Source: a virus (Duplodnaviria > Heunggongvirae > Uroviricota > Caudoviricetes). Taken from it: DNA of 64,000 nt. The stretch's first letter is position 1; every line of letters begins with the position of its first letter. A program made the translations under genes and the position numbers. The notes under the pieces were generated by a model. That model saw only the letters and a list, made by a program, of their open reading frames with translations, was not told the DNA's origin and searched no databases. This document shows, one piece after another, positions 1 through 8,433 of this stretch. The stretch lies in the IMG/VR virus record IMGVR_UViG_3300028800_000057, one strand, 5' to 3'.

Positions 1-717
1 TCTGGGTGCACCCAACCATAGGAACCATCTCCGGGAGGATGACACCCAAGACCCTAGTATCAACCATCTCATTCATGGCGAGAGTGGGTTGGGGTGATCT
101 CATGATCTTGAAGAGTTCGTCCTGAACTCTCTCGACACTAACCTTAGCCAGAGAGTTCAGAGAATCCGAGTGCATGATTCCATCCAGAGTATAAATCTCT
201 ATAGTGAACCCAAGAGTGCTCATAAAGCGGAGGGCGCGGAGGGCGCGCAAACCATCTTCCCGAAATCGATCTTCGGGCACTCCAACCGCTCGAATGCGTT
301 TAACCCCAATGTCAAAAACCCCACCGAATGGATCACAGACAACATCCCTCAGCGGGTCGTAGGCGATGGCGTTCATCGTGAAGTCACGCCTAGCCAAGTC
401 CTCTTCAATCGAGTTCAAGAACTCGACACTGTCGGGGTGTCGACCATCCGAGTAGGTACCCTCACCGCGGAAGGTGGTGACCTCGTAGGCCTCACCTTCC
501 AACATCACAGTAACCGTCCCATGTTGAATGCCAGTCTCAATGACATGGCTGAACAACTTTACCACTTGCTCTGGACGAGCATTGGTTGCTACATCAAAGT
601 CGTGGGCTTCTCTATTGAGTATGGAGTCGCGCACCGCTCCTCCAACGATCCAGGCCTCAAAGCCTGCTCGTTTCAAACTACTGCAGATAAAGCGGACTCT
701 CTCAGGAACTTGCATGA
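1..717 (-). CDS. cca: CCA-adding tRNA nucleotidyltransferase (class II nucleotidyltransferase), 5' portion only; continues beyond window start
   Basis: Minus-strand translation from the ATG at 717 gives MQVPERVRFICSSLKRAGFEAWIVGGAVRDSILNREAHDFDVATNARPEQV...RIRAVGVPEDRFREDGLRALRALRF. The GGAVRD..D.D motif and the head-domain layout are typical of CCA-adding enzymes and poly(A) polymerases. The ORF track missed it because it has no stop inside the window. Confidence 0.7.
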
Positions 718-772
718 CACTAGCGATTCTTCTTTTGCAGTTTCAATTAGGGGTCGAATAGAACCCAAAAGT

Positions 773-1159
773 ATGGAACACGTTCTATTGGTGGAAGACG
801 AGCCCATTTTGAGAAAGATGTTCTGCACCTTTCTTCGGGCTGAGGGTTACATCGTCGAGGCGGCTTCGACCCTTGACGAAGCCAAGCTACTTCTAGATAA
901 CGAGCTGATTGACTTAGTTGTCTCAGACTTGAGGCTTGGATCTGGATCTGCTGATGACCTGTACAAGTGGATTCTGGGTAAGTACCCGGCAATGAAGGAA
1001 AGGTTCATTGTAATCTCAGGGTGGCCCGAGGTCGAGGGATTTCCTTACTTTTTGGCCAAGCCATTTCATATTGACGCTCTCATTGAAATCATCAAGTTGG
1101 CAATGAGGGGGTCATCTATCGTAGATTTGGCCCCTCGTGATAAGATTGGGGGTCCCTAG
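773..1159 (+). CDS. Orphan response-regulator receiver (CheY-like) domain protein
   Basis: The C-terminal 128 aa of track ORF 170-1159 read MEHVLLVEDEP...LVVSDLRLG...LAKPF, which carries the acidic pocket, the phospho-acceptor Asp and the conserved Lys of REC domains. The upstream in-frame part (170-760) is a shadow of the minus-strand cca gene. Confidence 0.55.
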   Translation: MEHVLLVEDEPILRKMFCTFLRAEGYIVEAASTLDEAKLLLDNELIDLVVSDLRLGSGSADDLYKWILGKYPAMKERFIVISGWPEVEGFPYFLAKPFHIDALIEIIKLAMRGSSIVDLAPRDKIGGP

Positions 1160-1799
1160 GTTGCTCTCTGGTAGAGAAGATCTTCCCAACTAGTGGTAGT
1201 AGGTGGGTGACTTGAAGCGCCGTAGTAGCAATCTTTGGGTAGCCGTCGAGTCTTAGGCACAACTCGTGATAGCGCTCCAAGTACTTTCGTTGGGTCTTTC
1301 TCCAACCCCACGGTTTGATCTTGAAGTTGTACGGCTGAACGGAGTAGTTCCACTGGAGGGCCACGAGTAGGTCCCTTTTCTCCGTGAAGAGCATGCGGTT
1401 GTCAGCGTCCTTGATGACCTTCTCGTTGAATATGCCCTCGGGCAGAGAGAAGCGCTTCTCGATGACTCGATTCAATCGATCATCGGCTATCCGGTAGGCT
1501 TCTAGCTCGGGCATGTTCTTCAGCGGCCGGGTCATATCCCCGAGGTAGGACTCTCCCGAATCGTGAAGTAGAAAGGCCAAGGCGAACAGTAGGTTTTCTG
1601 TCTGTTCCTCGATGACATACGAGCCGAGGACACAGTGCTGGCCCACGGAGTATGGGACTCGTGGGTGTCCGTTGAAACGGCAGATCTTGCAGATCGATCC
1701 TGAGATATCCTCAATGAGGATATCCGCTGGGTCTGGGTCAAGGACGTAGAATCGTTGTCCGGTCAAAGTCTGAACCCAGTCACCATAGCGCGGTCGCAT
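1116..1799 (-). CDS. HD-domain phosphohydrolase (YfbR-like 5'-deoxynucleotidase family)
   Basis: HD motif H...LLHDSGESYLGD; the N-terminal ICRFNGHP matches the YfbR-type HD hydrolase pattern. Confidence 0.55.
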   Translation of the reverse strand: MRPRYGDWVQTLTGQRFYVLDPDPADILIEDISGSICKICRFNGHPRVPYSVGQHCVLGSYVIEEQTENLLFALAFLLHDSGESYLGDMTRPLKNMPELEAYRIADDRLNRVIEKRFSLPEGIFNEKVIKDADNRMLFTEKRDLLVALQWNYSVQPYNFKIKPWGWRKTQRKYLERYHELCLRLDGYPKIATTALQVTHLLPLVGKIFSTREQPRDPQSYHEGPNLR

Positions 1800-1818
1800 C
1801 CGACCAACTACACCGAGG

Positions 1819-2349
1819 TCAAATTACTGGTGGGCGCTCGTACCGACTCTTACGCACTACTGGCTTTGGTTCTGGTTTGCGTAGAGGTTCGTCTTCCTTT
1901 GGGCCCTGCCCTAGGATAAGAGAGAGTGGGTCTGGGATTTGCTCTCGGAGGCGGGCAACAGCATCTTGATCTATGCGCACCTGACCGAGTTGAATTTGTT
2001 GCTGGGGGGTTAGCCCTGCTAAGAAGTCTGGATTTAGCCTGACGGCAGGTGTTGCTTCCTCGTAGTCATAGGGCCCAGCGAAGTCATTAACGTCATACTG
2101 AGGTCTAGGTATTGGTGGAGCGATCCGTCTTCGCTCTCCGTGGGCAAACCTCAGTACTGAACGGTCGATCGCAACCCGGAGTCTCTCCAACAGGTGCAAC
2201 TCAAATGAGTTCACGGCAGACCCGTCAGGATCTTCATGAAGTAGAGCTGGATTATTGAAGTCCTCGTAACTTAAAGGTGACCAATGTTGGGTATGAATCG
2301 TATGATTCTGATCATCCACAACATCGATGCTGATAGCTAAACGTGGCAT
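1819..2349 (-). CDS. Hypothetical protein with C-terminal RYERPPVI tag
   Basis: ORF ending ...RKSRYERPPVI*; its start ATG overlaps the stop of the upstream gene (ATCTGATG). Confidence 0.5.
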   Translation of the reverse strand: MPRLAISIDVVDDQNHTIHTQHWSPLSYEDFNNPALLHEDPDGSAVNSFELHLLERLRVAIDRSVLRFAHGERRRIAPPIPRPQYDVNDFAGPYDYEEATPAVRLNPDFLAGLTPQQQIQLGQVRIDQDAVARLREQIPDPLSLILGQGPKEDEPLRKPEPKPVVRKSRYERPPVI

Positions 2350-2696
2350 CAGATGACCGGTTCTCTTTCATATCGATTGGGGATCTCGACTTCATACACC
2401 TCGAAAGACTCCCCTTCTCCGAGAATAACAGCACCACAGGGGTTACCTGACAGTCTTTTGGAGATCTCAACAAGGTCTTCAATCTCTCGTGTGCTCATGA
2501 CTGGGTTACGAAACACGAACAAGTTTAGCTTCTTATCCTGACCTTCAATGGGGATCTCGAAGGTCTCAGGTTCTATCCCGTTACCCTTGATGACTCTGAC
2601 TTCGAGGCGGCGCGAACTCATATCACTTGACCTTCGAGTACTCTGGTATATCTCGTCTTCGGAACTGGTGGTAGCTTGAGAACGGAGATACCCCAA
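2349..2696 (-). CDS. Hypothetical protein with C-terminal RYEREPVI tag
   Basis: ORF ending ...PNRYEREPVI*; stop overlaps the ATG of the next gene. Confidence 0.5.
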   Translation of the reverse strand: MGYLRSQATTSSEDEIYQSTRRSSDMSSRRLEVRVIKGNGIEPETFEIPIEGQDKKLNLFVFRNPVMSTREIEDLVEISKRLSGNPCGAVILGEGESFEVYEVEIPNRYEREPVI

Positions 2697-3253
2697 TTAC
2701 GAAGGGCAATACCATACCCACAGCAAGATACCCCGCAAACAATTCTACCAAGTAGCGTAAATACCAAGACAGTGTCCTCATCGACGCCCTCAGGTAGTTC
2801 CATCTGAGGGTACTCAATCTTCTGAGCATGAGCTGAGTCCAGGTGTCTGGAAACTCTATACTGAAGGTCATCTCGTTGTTCATCAGAGAACGTGAGTACC
2901 TTGGTACTGCTCTCGAGAGTGGACAAGCGGTTGACCGTCTCAATGAGTGTGTCATGGGTGCTCGTGTATCCGTTTGACGAGAGGTGCTCCCTCACGTGAA
3001 GGAGTAGCATTATCTTACCCCAGTTTCGTGCATAGTCTAGGTAATCATCCGAGATACACCTGAATGGTATTCGTAGAAAGTCCCGGTTAATCTCTGGTTG
3101 ACGGCTGAAGCTCATGTCTGCTTCTAGCACTGTCCAGTAGAGATATTGAGGAACTTGATAGAACGCAGCTCCCTTATATGCATCCTGCGGGAGACTCTGC
3201 GGAGACCAAACTTCGAACTCGAAGTAGTCAGAAATATCAGTATAACTTGACAC
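2618..3253 (-). CDS. Hypothetical protein
   Basis: 211-aa ORF in an operon-like run; the C-terminus TRYTRVLEGQVI is a weak tag-like ending. Confidence 0.4.
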   Translation of the reverse strand: MSSYTDISDYFEFEVWSPQSLPQDAYKGAAFYQVPQYLYWTVLEADMSFSRQPEINRDFLRIPFRCISDDYLDYARNWGKIMLLLHVREHLSSNGYTSTHDTLIETVNRLSTLESSTKVLTFSDEQRDDLQYRVSRHLDSAHAQKIEYPQMELPEGVDEDTVLVFTLLGRIVCGVSCCGYGIALRNWGISVLKLPPVPKTRYTRVLEGQVI

Positions 3254-3884
3254 TTAGGCGGGCCGTTGGCTCGCCAGAGTCGAACAGTATGGCCAAATAG
3301 TCAAGAGCTTCTTTGGGGCTCGGGAAGACACAGCCGAGAATAGCCGAATGAATCATGAGATTATCGACCATGTTGAAATCTTCGATCATTAGACCGTCCG
3401 GTGAAACCCGGTTCTTGTACAGGCTTAGGCTCGAAGTGTATGCGACGATCTCCAATCCAAGGGCGCGACCGAATCCAATCTCGAACGCAGTACCCGCATC
3501 GAGTGACGGTCCTCGGAACGGACTGATATTGGCCAATATAGCATGACAGCTTTGGATTAGCTTGATATTGGCTTCGTAGATGAAGTACCCATTCTCCTCG
3601 GTGTTGATGGGATTCGCTAGTTTAAGATCAGAATCCAATGGAAACACGCCTTCGAAGCCAAAGTGGCGACAAGTATCTTTCAACCTAGCCGAACGATCGG
3701 CCACATCAGGGAAGAAAACATCAGGACCCGCAAGGTACACCCGTCGGTAAGGGCTATTCACCATGTCACTACTACTCCAAAAACAGATTCTAGATGGGTT
3801 GCTTGTACGATTGAAAGAGCTTGCCGGTTGGGTAGACCCGGATAAGAGCGAAATAACGCAGAATGTTATTATTCTGCTCCTCAC
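3237..3884 (-). CDS. Nucleoside 2-deoxyribosyltransferase-like protein
   Basis: YLAGPDVFFPD near the N-terminus and DAGTAFEIGFGRALG later match the N-deoxyribosyltransferase-fold signatures YLAGP..F and D.GT.FE.G. Confidence 0.55.
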   Translation of the reverse strand: MRSRIITFCVISLLSGSTQPASSFNRTSNPSRICFWSSSDMVNSPYRRVYLAGPDVFFPDVADRSARLKDTCRHFGFEGVFPLDSDLKLANPINTEENGYFIYEANIKLIQSCHAILANISPFRGPSLDAGTAFEIGFGRALGLEIVAYTSSLSLYKNRVSPDGLMIEDFNMVDNLMIHSAILGCVFPSPKEALDYLAILFDSGEPTARLSVKLY

Positions 3885-4081
3885 TCTCCAAGTACTGTTT
3901 AATTCTATCAGCTGAAAGCCCTGATACTTCTGCTACTTTTGCGATGTCTTGATCAGTGACCTCTACCCAATTGATCTCAACAAACGTAGTCTCACCTTTG
4001 ATTGAGGACATGTTTGACTACTACACCGAAAGGTAGGATTGTTAAGGTTCTAGCTACGCGGTTTAATACCGATGTGCGAGG

Positions 4082-4714
4082 ATGTTTCTACTTATCCTCA
4101 TCATCTTAGGTGACCCGCTTTACCTAAAAGTGGAGGAGTTGGACCTACTTGTGTCCGCGCTACATACTAATCAGAATAATCAAGAACTATTCGAAATCAA
4201 CACGAATATGGTAGCAAGTATCGCTGGGTACTATGCCAAAAAGTGTGTACCTTTTCTACAATACCAAGAACTCTATCAGTGGGGTTTGATAGGCTTATGG
4301 GATGCTTGTCGCAAGTGGAGGGGCACGCGCGACGAGTTCAAGTACTACGCTCGACGGAGGATCAAAGGCCACATCATTGATGAGATCCGAAACTCAACCC
4401 CCCTCAGGCGCAAGAAGAAGACTATGAGTGGCGTGATGCCCAAGTTTGACACTTTGGAGCCTAATATCGTTGACTCTGGTGATAGTCCAGTGGATGAGCT
4501 TGTGCACGCGCGGGTTGAACTAAGGAAGGTGATAGAGGCCCTCAGCTTACTAACTAAGAAAGAGGCTCTTATCATCTCAATGTATTGCTTTGAGGACTAT
4601 AAACTCAGAGAAATAGCTGATTACCTGGGTGTTACTGAGGCGTACATATGCCAGGTCAAGGATAAGGCTTTGGACCAATTAGCTCGTGCTTCGAGCGCTG
4701 GCTTGGACCCCTAG
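4082..4714 (+). CDS. Sigma-70 family RNA polymerase sigma factor (regions 2 and 4 only; FliA/ECF-sized)
   Basis: Region 2-like LYQWGLIGLWDACRKW...EFKYYARRRIKGHIIDEIR and a region 4 HTH LREIADYLGVTEAYICQVKDKALDQL. Confidence 0.7.
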   Translation: MFLLILIILGDPLYLKVEELDLLVSALHTNQNNQELFEINTNMVASIAGYYAKKCVPFLQYQELYQWGLIGLWDACRKWRGTRDEFKYYARRRIKGHIIDEIRNSTPLRRKKKTMSGVMPKFDTLEPNIVDSGDSPVDELVHARVELRKVIEALSLLTKKEALIISMYCFEDYKLREIADYLGVTEAYICQVKDKALDQLARASSAGLDP

Positions 4715-4722
4715 TATTCCTT

Positions 4723-5169
4723 TTGGACGAGGTGTACTGTGTAGCCATGGATCTCGTCGTAACCGTACCCAAGAACGTGTGGGCCTATTGGATCAAAGAA
4801 GGCGACCCGGCTGGGTCCTCCGAGAGCGGGGAGGAGTGGGCTTATTGGATCGGGGGTGCCAAGCCAAAGATCGAAGCTGGCGAGCGCCTGTATATCGTCT
4901 CTTGGGGGAAGCTCCGCGGGTACGCACCGGTGACTCGAGTTATTCAGAAAGGGGCAAGCGGTTGGGGTATCTGCCGGCGTGGGGGCGCGATAGCCTGTAC
5001 TATCCCAGAAGACGTTCCAGGCTTCAGGGGCTATCGGAAGCGCTGGTGGGACAAGAAGGATGAGACCCCGTATCCAACCTGGCGCACGGATGGAATCCCC
5101 AAAAGGCAGGTTGAACTGCTATTCAAAGCTGACAAAGAGGAAGAAGCTAGAGTTAGGTCGCGTTTCTGA
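4723..5169 (+). CDS. Hypothetical protein
   Basis: 148-aa ORF directly after the sigma factor gene; no motif recognised. Confidence 0.45.
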   Translation: MDEVYCVAMDLVVTVPKNVWAYWIKEGDPAGSSESGEEWAYWIGGAKPKIEAGERLYIVSWGKLRGYAPVTRVIQKGASGWGICRRGGAIACTIPEDVPGFRGYRKRWWDKKDETPYPTWRTDGIPKRQVELLFKADKEEEARVRSRF

Positions 5170-5175
5170 TTCTCT

Positions 5176-5739
5176 CTAGATCACCCACTTGAGCGGGTCG
5201 GCTATTCGTTCATATCGTGATACTCGAACTGGTTTGGCCAAACGTATAGTTTTTGTCTTGCTGAATCTGATACTTGATCCACCGATGGTGGTAGGTTCTA
5301 CGGTACTAGCCTCTGGATTAGTCGCAACCCACATCTCACCTTCAGCATCCCAAGCTATTGGGGTTACAGTAGAAGGGTGCGGGTCTGGTCGAAGTTCTCC
5401 GCTCCCTGACATGGACATAAGCCTCCCAGGAGACATCCCGTAGTTCAGTGCAAAGTTCATAACCCGGGCACTCTGCCGGCGCATTCTCCACTCGTACTGC
5501 TGGTGATCATAGAGAACTAGGCCAACGAACCAAGTTATGGTCACTGGCAACGCGATGTAGCTATACGGAGCCCACCGGTTGACCTGGATCACGGTGACTA
5601 CGTATAGAGACAGTATGAAGAAACTCCCCCATATCCGTAGCTTCTCATTGAATTCCCGGTTCGTGTTCATCTTGAGGAGCCATCGGCCACCCAGGATAGC
5701 TACGAAGCAGGTGACCCCAAAACCCAGGAAACTCAACAT
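5176..5739 (-). CDS. Predicted membrane protein with tag-like C-terminus
   Basis: Several hydrophobic segments; ends RVSRYERIADPLKWVI*, a variant of the recurrent C-terminal tag. Confidence 0.45.
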   Translation of the reverse strand: MLSFLGFGVTCFVAILGGRWLLKMNTNREFNEKLRIWGSFFILSLYVVTVIQVNRWAPYSYIALPVTITWFVGLVLYDHQQYEWRMRRQSARVMNFALNYGMSPGRLMSMSGSGELRPDPHPSTVTPIAWDAEGEMWVATNPEASTVEPTTIGGSSIRFSKTKTIRLAKPVRVSRYERIADPLKWVI

Positions 5740-5814
5740 GTCCGTCGCGCACCTTGCCGGCTTGCTATCGGCCTGTCAATCTAAAACCGTAGTGAGAACC
5801 CTACCCGTTTCTTG

Positions 5815-5842
5815 TTGAGTTATAGCCCCCTCACACGTAATA
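5815..5842 (+). promoter_or_regulatory. Conserved phage promoter (TTGAGT-N16-GTAATA); predicted TSS at the A of ATG 5849 (leaderless)
   Basis: Matches the 13-member promoter family; the -10 ends at 5842, and 7 nt further is position 5849, the A of the ATG. Confidence 0.55.
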
Positions 5843-5848
5843 GAGAGT

Positions 5849-6238
5849 ATGGCTGACAGAATCATTGTTGTAGAAAGCGAAAGAGGCGGTCCAGGGTATC
5901 GAATCCAGTGGGAGATCAATACTGACGGGGATACCGACCTGGGTGCTTACTGTGGGCAATCAAGAAAGAAGCCTTCAGATGAGATCCCGAGTGACCATGA
6001 AGCGCGAGAATTCTGGGCTTACGAACGGGCCGGGTTTCAAGTTATAGAAGAGGGCCCAAAGGGATATTGTGGACATGATCGTATCGGATTCTGGTGGGAA
6101 TCTAAGAGTCATGCTACAGCCGCTCTTGCTAAAGTCAGAGCGCTCGCCAAAGTAACCTTGAGTGGGGTACCTTGGCCTGATTGGGCTACGCAGGCGTTAG
6201 CCGCCGGTTGGAAGCCTCCGAAGGGTTGGAAGCCCTGA
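5849..6238 (+). CDS. Hypothetical protein
   Basis: 129-aa ORF starting exactly at the predicted leaderless TSS. Confidence 0.5.
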   Translation: MADRIIVVESERGGPGYRIQWEINTDGDTDLGAYCGQSRKKPSDEIPSDHEAREFWAYERAGFQVIEEGPKGYCGHDRIGFWWESKSHATAALAKVRALAKVTLSGVPWPDWATQALAAGWKPPKGWKP

Positions 6239-6240
6239 GC

Positions 6241-6795
6241 TTACTTCTTCGAGTCCTGAATCACCTGTTCGAACGAGGGTAGCTTCGATGGGCTCGGTGC
6301 TTGAGATATCTCGGGGAGGGCATGCACAAGACGAGATTCAGGGGCAGCCTGAGCCGCGCTGAACGCTACTCTTGGTTGCTCTGAAGCGCTTGCTGCTTCC
6401 TCGGGACCCACAACTTCCTCAATGGGGAGTGGCTCCTTCTTCTTAGGCTTGTAGAAGGTGGACACCTTGGGTGGTAGGGCTGGAGTCGTTGAAGTACTAG
6501 TAGAAGTCGAAGTATTTGTGAGGGCTGCAGTCTTAGAGGCGGCCATACCGTTTAGATATGCCCAAACTTCTTTGACATCCGAGTGGGTATCTTGGATGGC
6601 CGCTGCGTTCTCCTCTACCTTTTTTCCCAACGTCTCGTAGATCGCTTTTTGGCCTGTCTGGTCATAGGCTTTGATCAAGCCGATGACCGAGGTAATGAGA
6701 GCTACCACGATTGGGGCGAACCCTAGGACTATCTTTGCTTTAGACCAGAAAGGGGAGATGGGGGGAGATTCTGAGTCGGCCATACACCCCAGCAA
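6241..6795 (-). CDS. Predicted membrane-anchored protein with Ser/Thr-rich linker
   Basis: N-terminal TM helix (IVLGFAPIVVALITSVIGLI), then TSTSTSTSTT and a Pro/Ala-rich tail. Confidence 0.45.
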   Translation of the reverse strand: MLGCMADSESPPISPFWSKAKIVLGFAPIVVALITSVIGLIKAYDQTGQKAIYETLGKKVEENAAAIQDTHSDVKEVWAYLNGMAASKTAALTNTSTSTSTSTTPALPPKVSTFYKPKKKEPLPIEEVVGPEEAASASEQPRVAFSAAQAAPESRLVHALPEISQAPSPSKLPSFEQVIQDSKK

Positions 6796-6878
6796 TACAC
6801 CAAAGGAAAAACTGTTGAGAATTAGGAACTTGAAACGTAATAGCCTATGAGAGCCTACGGGCCTAGTGAGAGCACAAT

Positions 6879-7109
6879 ATGAATGACCGACCTGATACCT
6901 TTGAAGGAGAGCCTGCTTATGTCCAAGATTTCTGGGACAGAGCCAAAAATGGGGGCGCGGAAGTTGACGAAACCGTATACAAGTTCACTATCACCAAGGA
7001 AGATTCAGAGAAGTACCCTGAGTTGAAACCGGGTATGCGCTTGCTACTCGCCAAGTCACCCGATGGGTTCGTATTTCATGACCTGCTACCCCCCAGATTG
7101 ACTAACTGA
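6879..7109 (+). CDS. Hypothetical small protein
   Basis: 76-aa ORF; placed only by its position in an otherwise ORF-free gap. Confidence 0.35.
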   Translation: MNDRPDTFEGEPAYVQDFWDRAKNGGAEVDETVYKFTITKEDSEKYPELKPGMRLLLAKSPDGFVFHDLLPPRLTN

Positions 7110-7129
7110 CCTAACTACTACGATTTTAG

Positions 7130-7157
7130 TTGAGACCAGAGAGCGCCGTGCGTAATA
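7130..7157 (+). promoter_or_regulatory. Conserved phage promoter (TTGAGA-N16-GTAATA) upstream of ATG 7176
   Basis: Family consensus including the CGTGC element upstream of the -10; leader about 12 nt. Confidence 0.5.
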
Positions 7158-7175
7158 CCCTCTACGAGAACTGTA

Positions 7176-7445
7176 ATGAACTCTGATACCATTCTACCTG
7201 AAGGAATAAGCACGCTGAGGCCACAAGCGATCGACCACAACGACTTCATTTGCGGTTACCGCCTGGCAAGAGTAGCATCGATTGACGTTATCAACTCTAT
7301 GCAAGGACACTCGACGTACTCTTTACGAATGGGCTACATTGCTTACATAGCCTTATCCACTAACAACTTCCCAGACATCGACTGTATTAAAGCAGCTGAG
7401 TTCGCTGAAGGTTTAGGTCTGGGGGAAAGCCTGAAACATGACTGA
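7176..7445 (+). CDS. Hypothetical protein
   Basis: 89-aa ORF downstream of a family promoter. Confidence 0.45.
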   Translation: MNSDTILPEGISTLRPQAIDHNDFICGYRLARVASIDVINSMQGHSTYSLRMGYIAYIALSTNNFPDIDCIKAAEFAEGLGLGESLKHD

Positions 7446-7947
7446 GCAGTATCCAAAACATCAGATTGAGGATGAGATCGAAGTTCGTGTTAGTGACCAA
7501 CACCACCGCGGAACCATCACTGGCATCGCATATTCTTGCCCCCTTTACATGTACATCGTTCAACTCAACGACCCAGTAGAAGGTGAGTTTGGACCCCAGA
7601 CTGGCTTGTACGTTCCCGAAGGGATCTTGATAGCCAAGCCCGATGTTGAGTCTCTTTCCATGTGGACCACCGTTGGTTCATACACCTTCGTGGATGAGAC
7701 TGAAGACGGTGAAGTTTTTGCGCTTGACGTCCAAATTGGTATTGCTGAGGAGGGTGATGCTATCTACGTCGTTTCGAATGATACTGCAGATGGCAAGCAA
7801 CCCCTCGAGTTTACCTCCTTCGGTAGCCATCAGGAAGCTCAGGAGTATGCTCTCGAGTACATCAAAGAGAACCACGCGGCGGCCCCAGGTGAGAATGCTG
7901 AGCAATACTTGGCCAGAGTCAGCAGCGAGTGTGATTCGGAGAACTAA
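7438..7947 (+). CDS. Hypothetical acidic protein
   Basis: 169-aa ORF whose ATG overlaps the upstream stop. Confidence 0.45.
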   Translation: MTEQYPKHQIEDEIEVRVSDQHHRGTITGIAYSCPLYMYIVQLNDPVEGEFGPQTGLYVPEGILIAKPDVESLSMWTTVGSYTFVDETEDGEVFALDVQIGIAEEGDAIYVVSNDTADGKQPLEFTSFGSHQEAQEYALEYIKENHAAAPGENAEQYLARVSSECDSEN

Positions 7948-8339
7948 CCACAGTCAGTGATGTCGAAGACTTGTTCCCCGGCTACGGGTGGGCTCATGAA
8001 CTCTTTTCTGAGTTCTTCGACTCGATGATCTGGGAATTCTAGCCCGCGGGGGCGGAGTTCCCAGATTGGTCGCCTCTTCAATGAGATGAAGGTCTTCTTC
8101 GAGTTGATGTACCCAGCTAGCGCCAGTTCTTCCTGGGTGAGGGGTCTAGCTCTGTACCCAAGCTCCTTGGAGCTGAACATGAGGATGTCAGCGTAACTCC
8201 CAGGGTAGATGTCAAGGACAATCGCGTAGTGCGAGCCCTCAGTGTCGTCATGGGTTACTACGCTTCCCGGTGCGACTGTGGAGAAGTCCAAGTCCAACCG
8301 TGCGTCAGGCATAGGCGGTCTACGGAACTTGGTCATCAA
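7944..8339 (-). CDS. Hypothetical protein
   Basis: 131-aa ORF. Confidence 0.4.
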   Translation of the reverse strand: MMTKFRRPPMPDARLDLDFSTVAPGSVVTHDDTEGSHYAIVLDIYPGSYADILMFSSKELGYRARPLTQEELALAGYINSKKTFISLKRRPIWELRPRGLEFPDHRVEELRKEFMSPPVAGEQVFDITDCG

Positions 8340-8433
8340 ATCGTAATATCATAGACACCTGGCCGGATCAATCGCTTCAATTTTGTTACCAATTAGCGTA
8401 GGTTTTAGGGTACCCTACGTTCCAATGTTCAAC

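Noticed and set aside
170-760. N-terminal 200 aa of track ORF 170-1159 (plus strand)
   Set aside because: No recognisable protein features. It exactly shadows the minus-strand CCA-adding enzyme ORF, which has clear GGAVRD nucleotidyltransferase motifs. Only the C-terminal receiver domain (773-1159) looks real.
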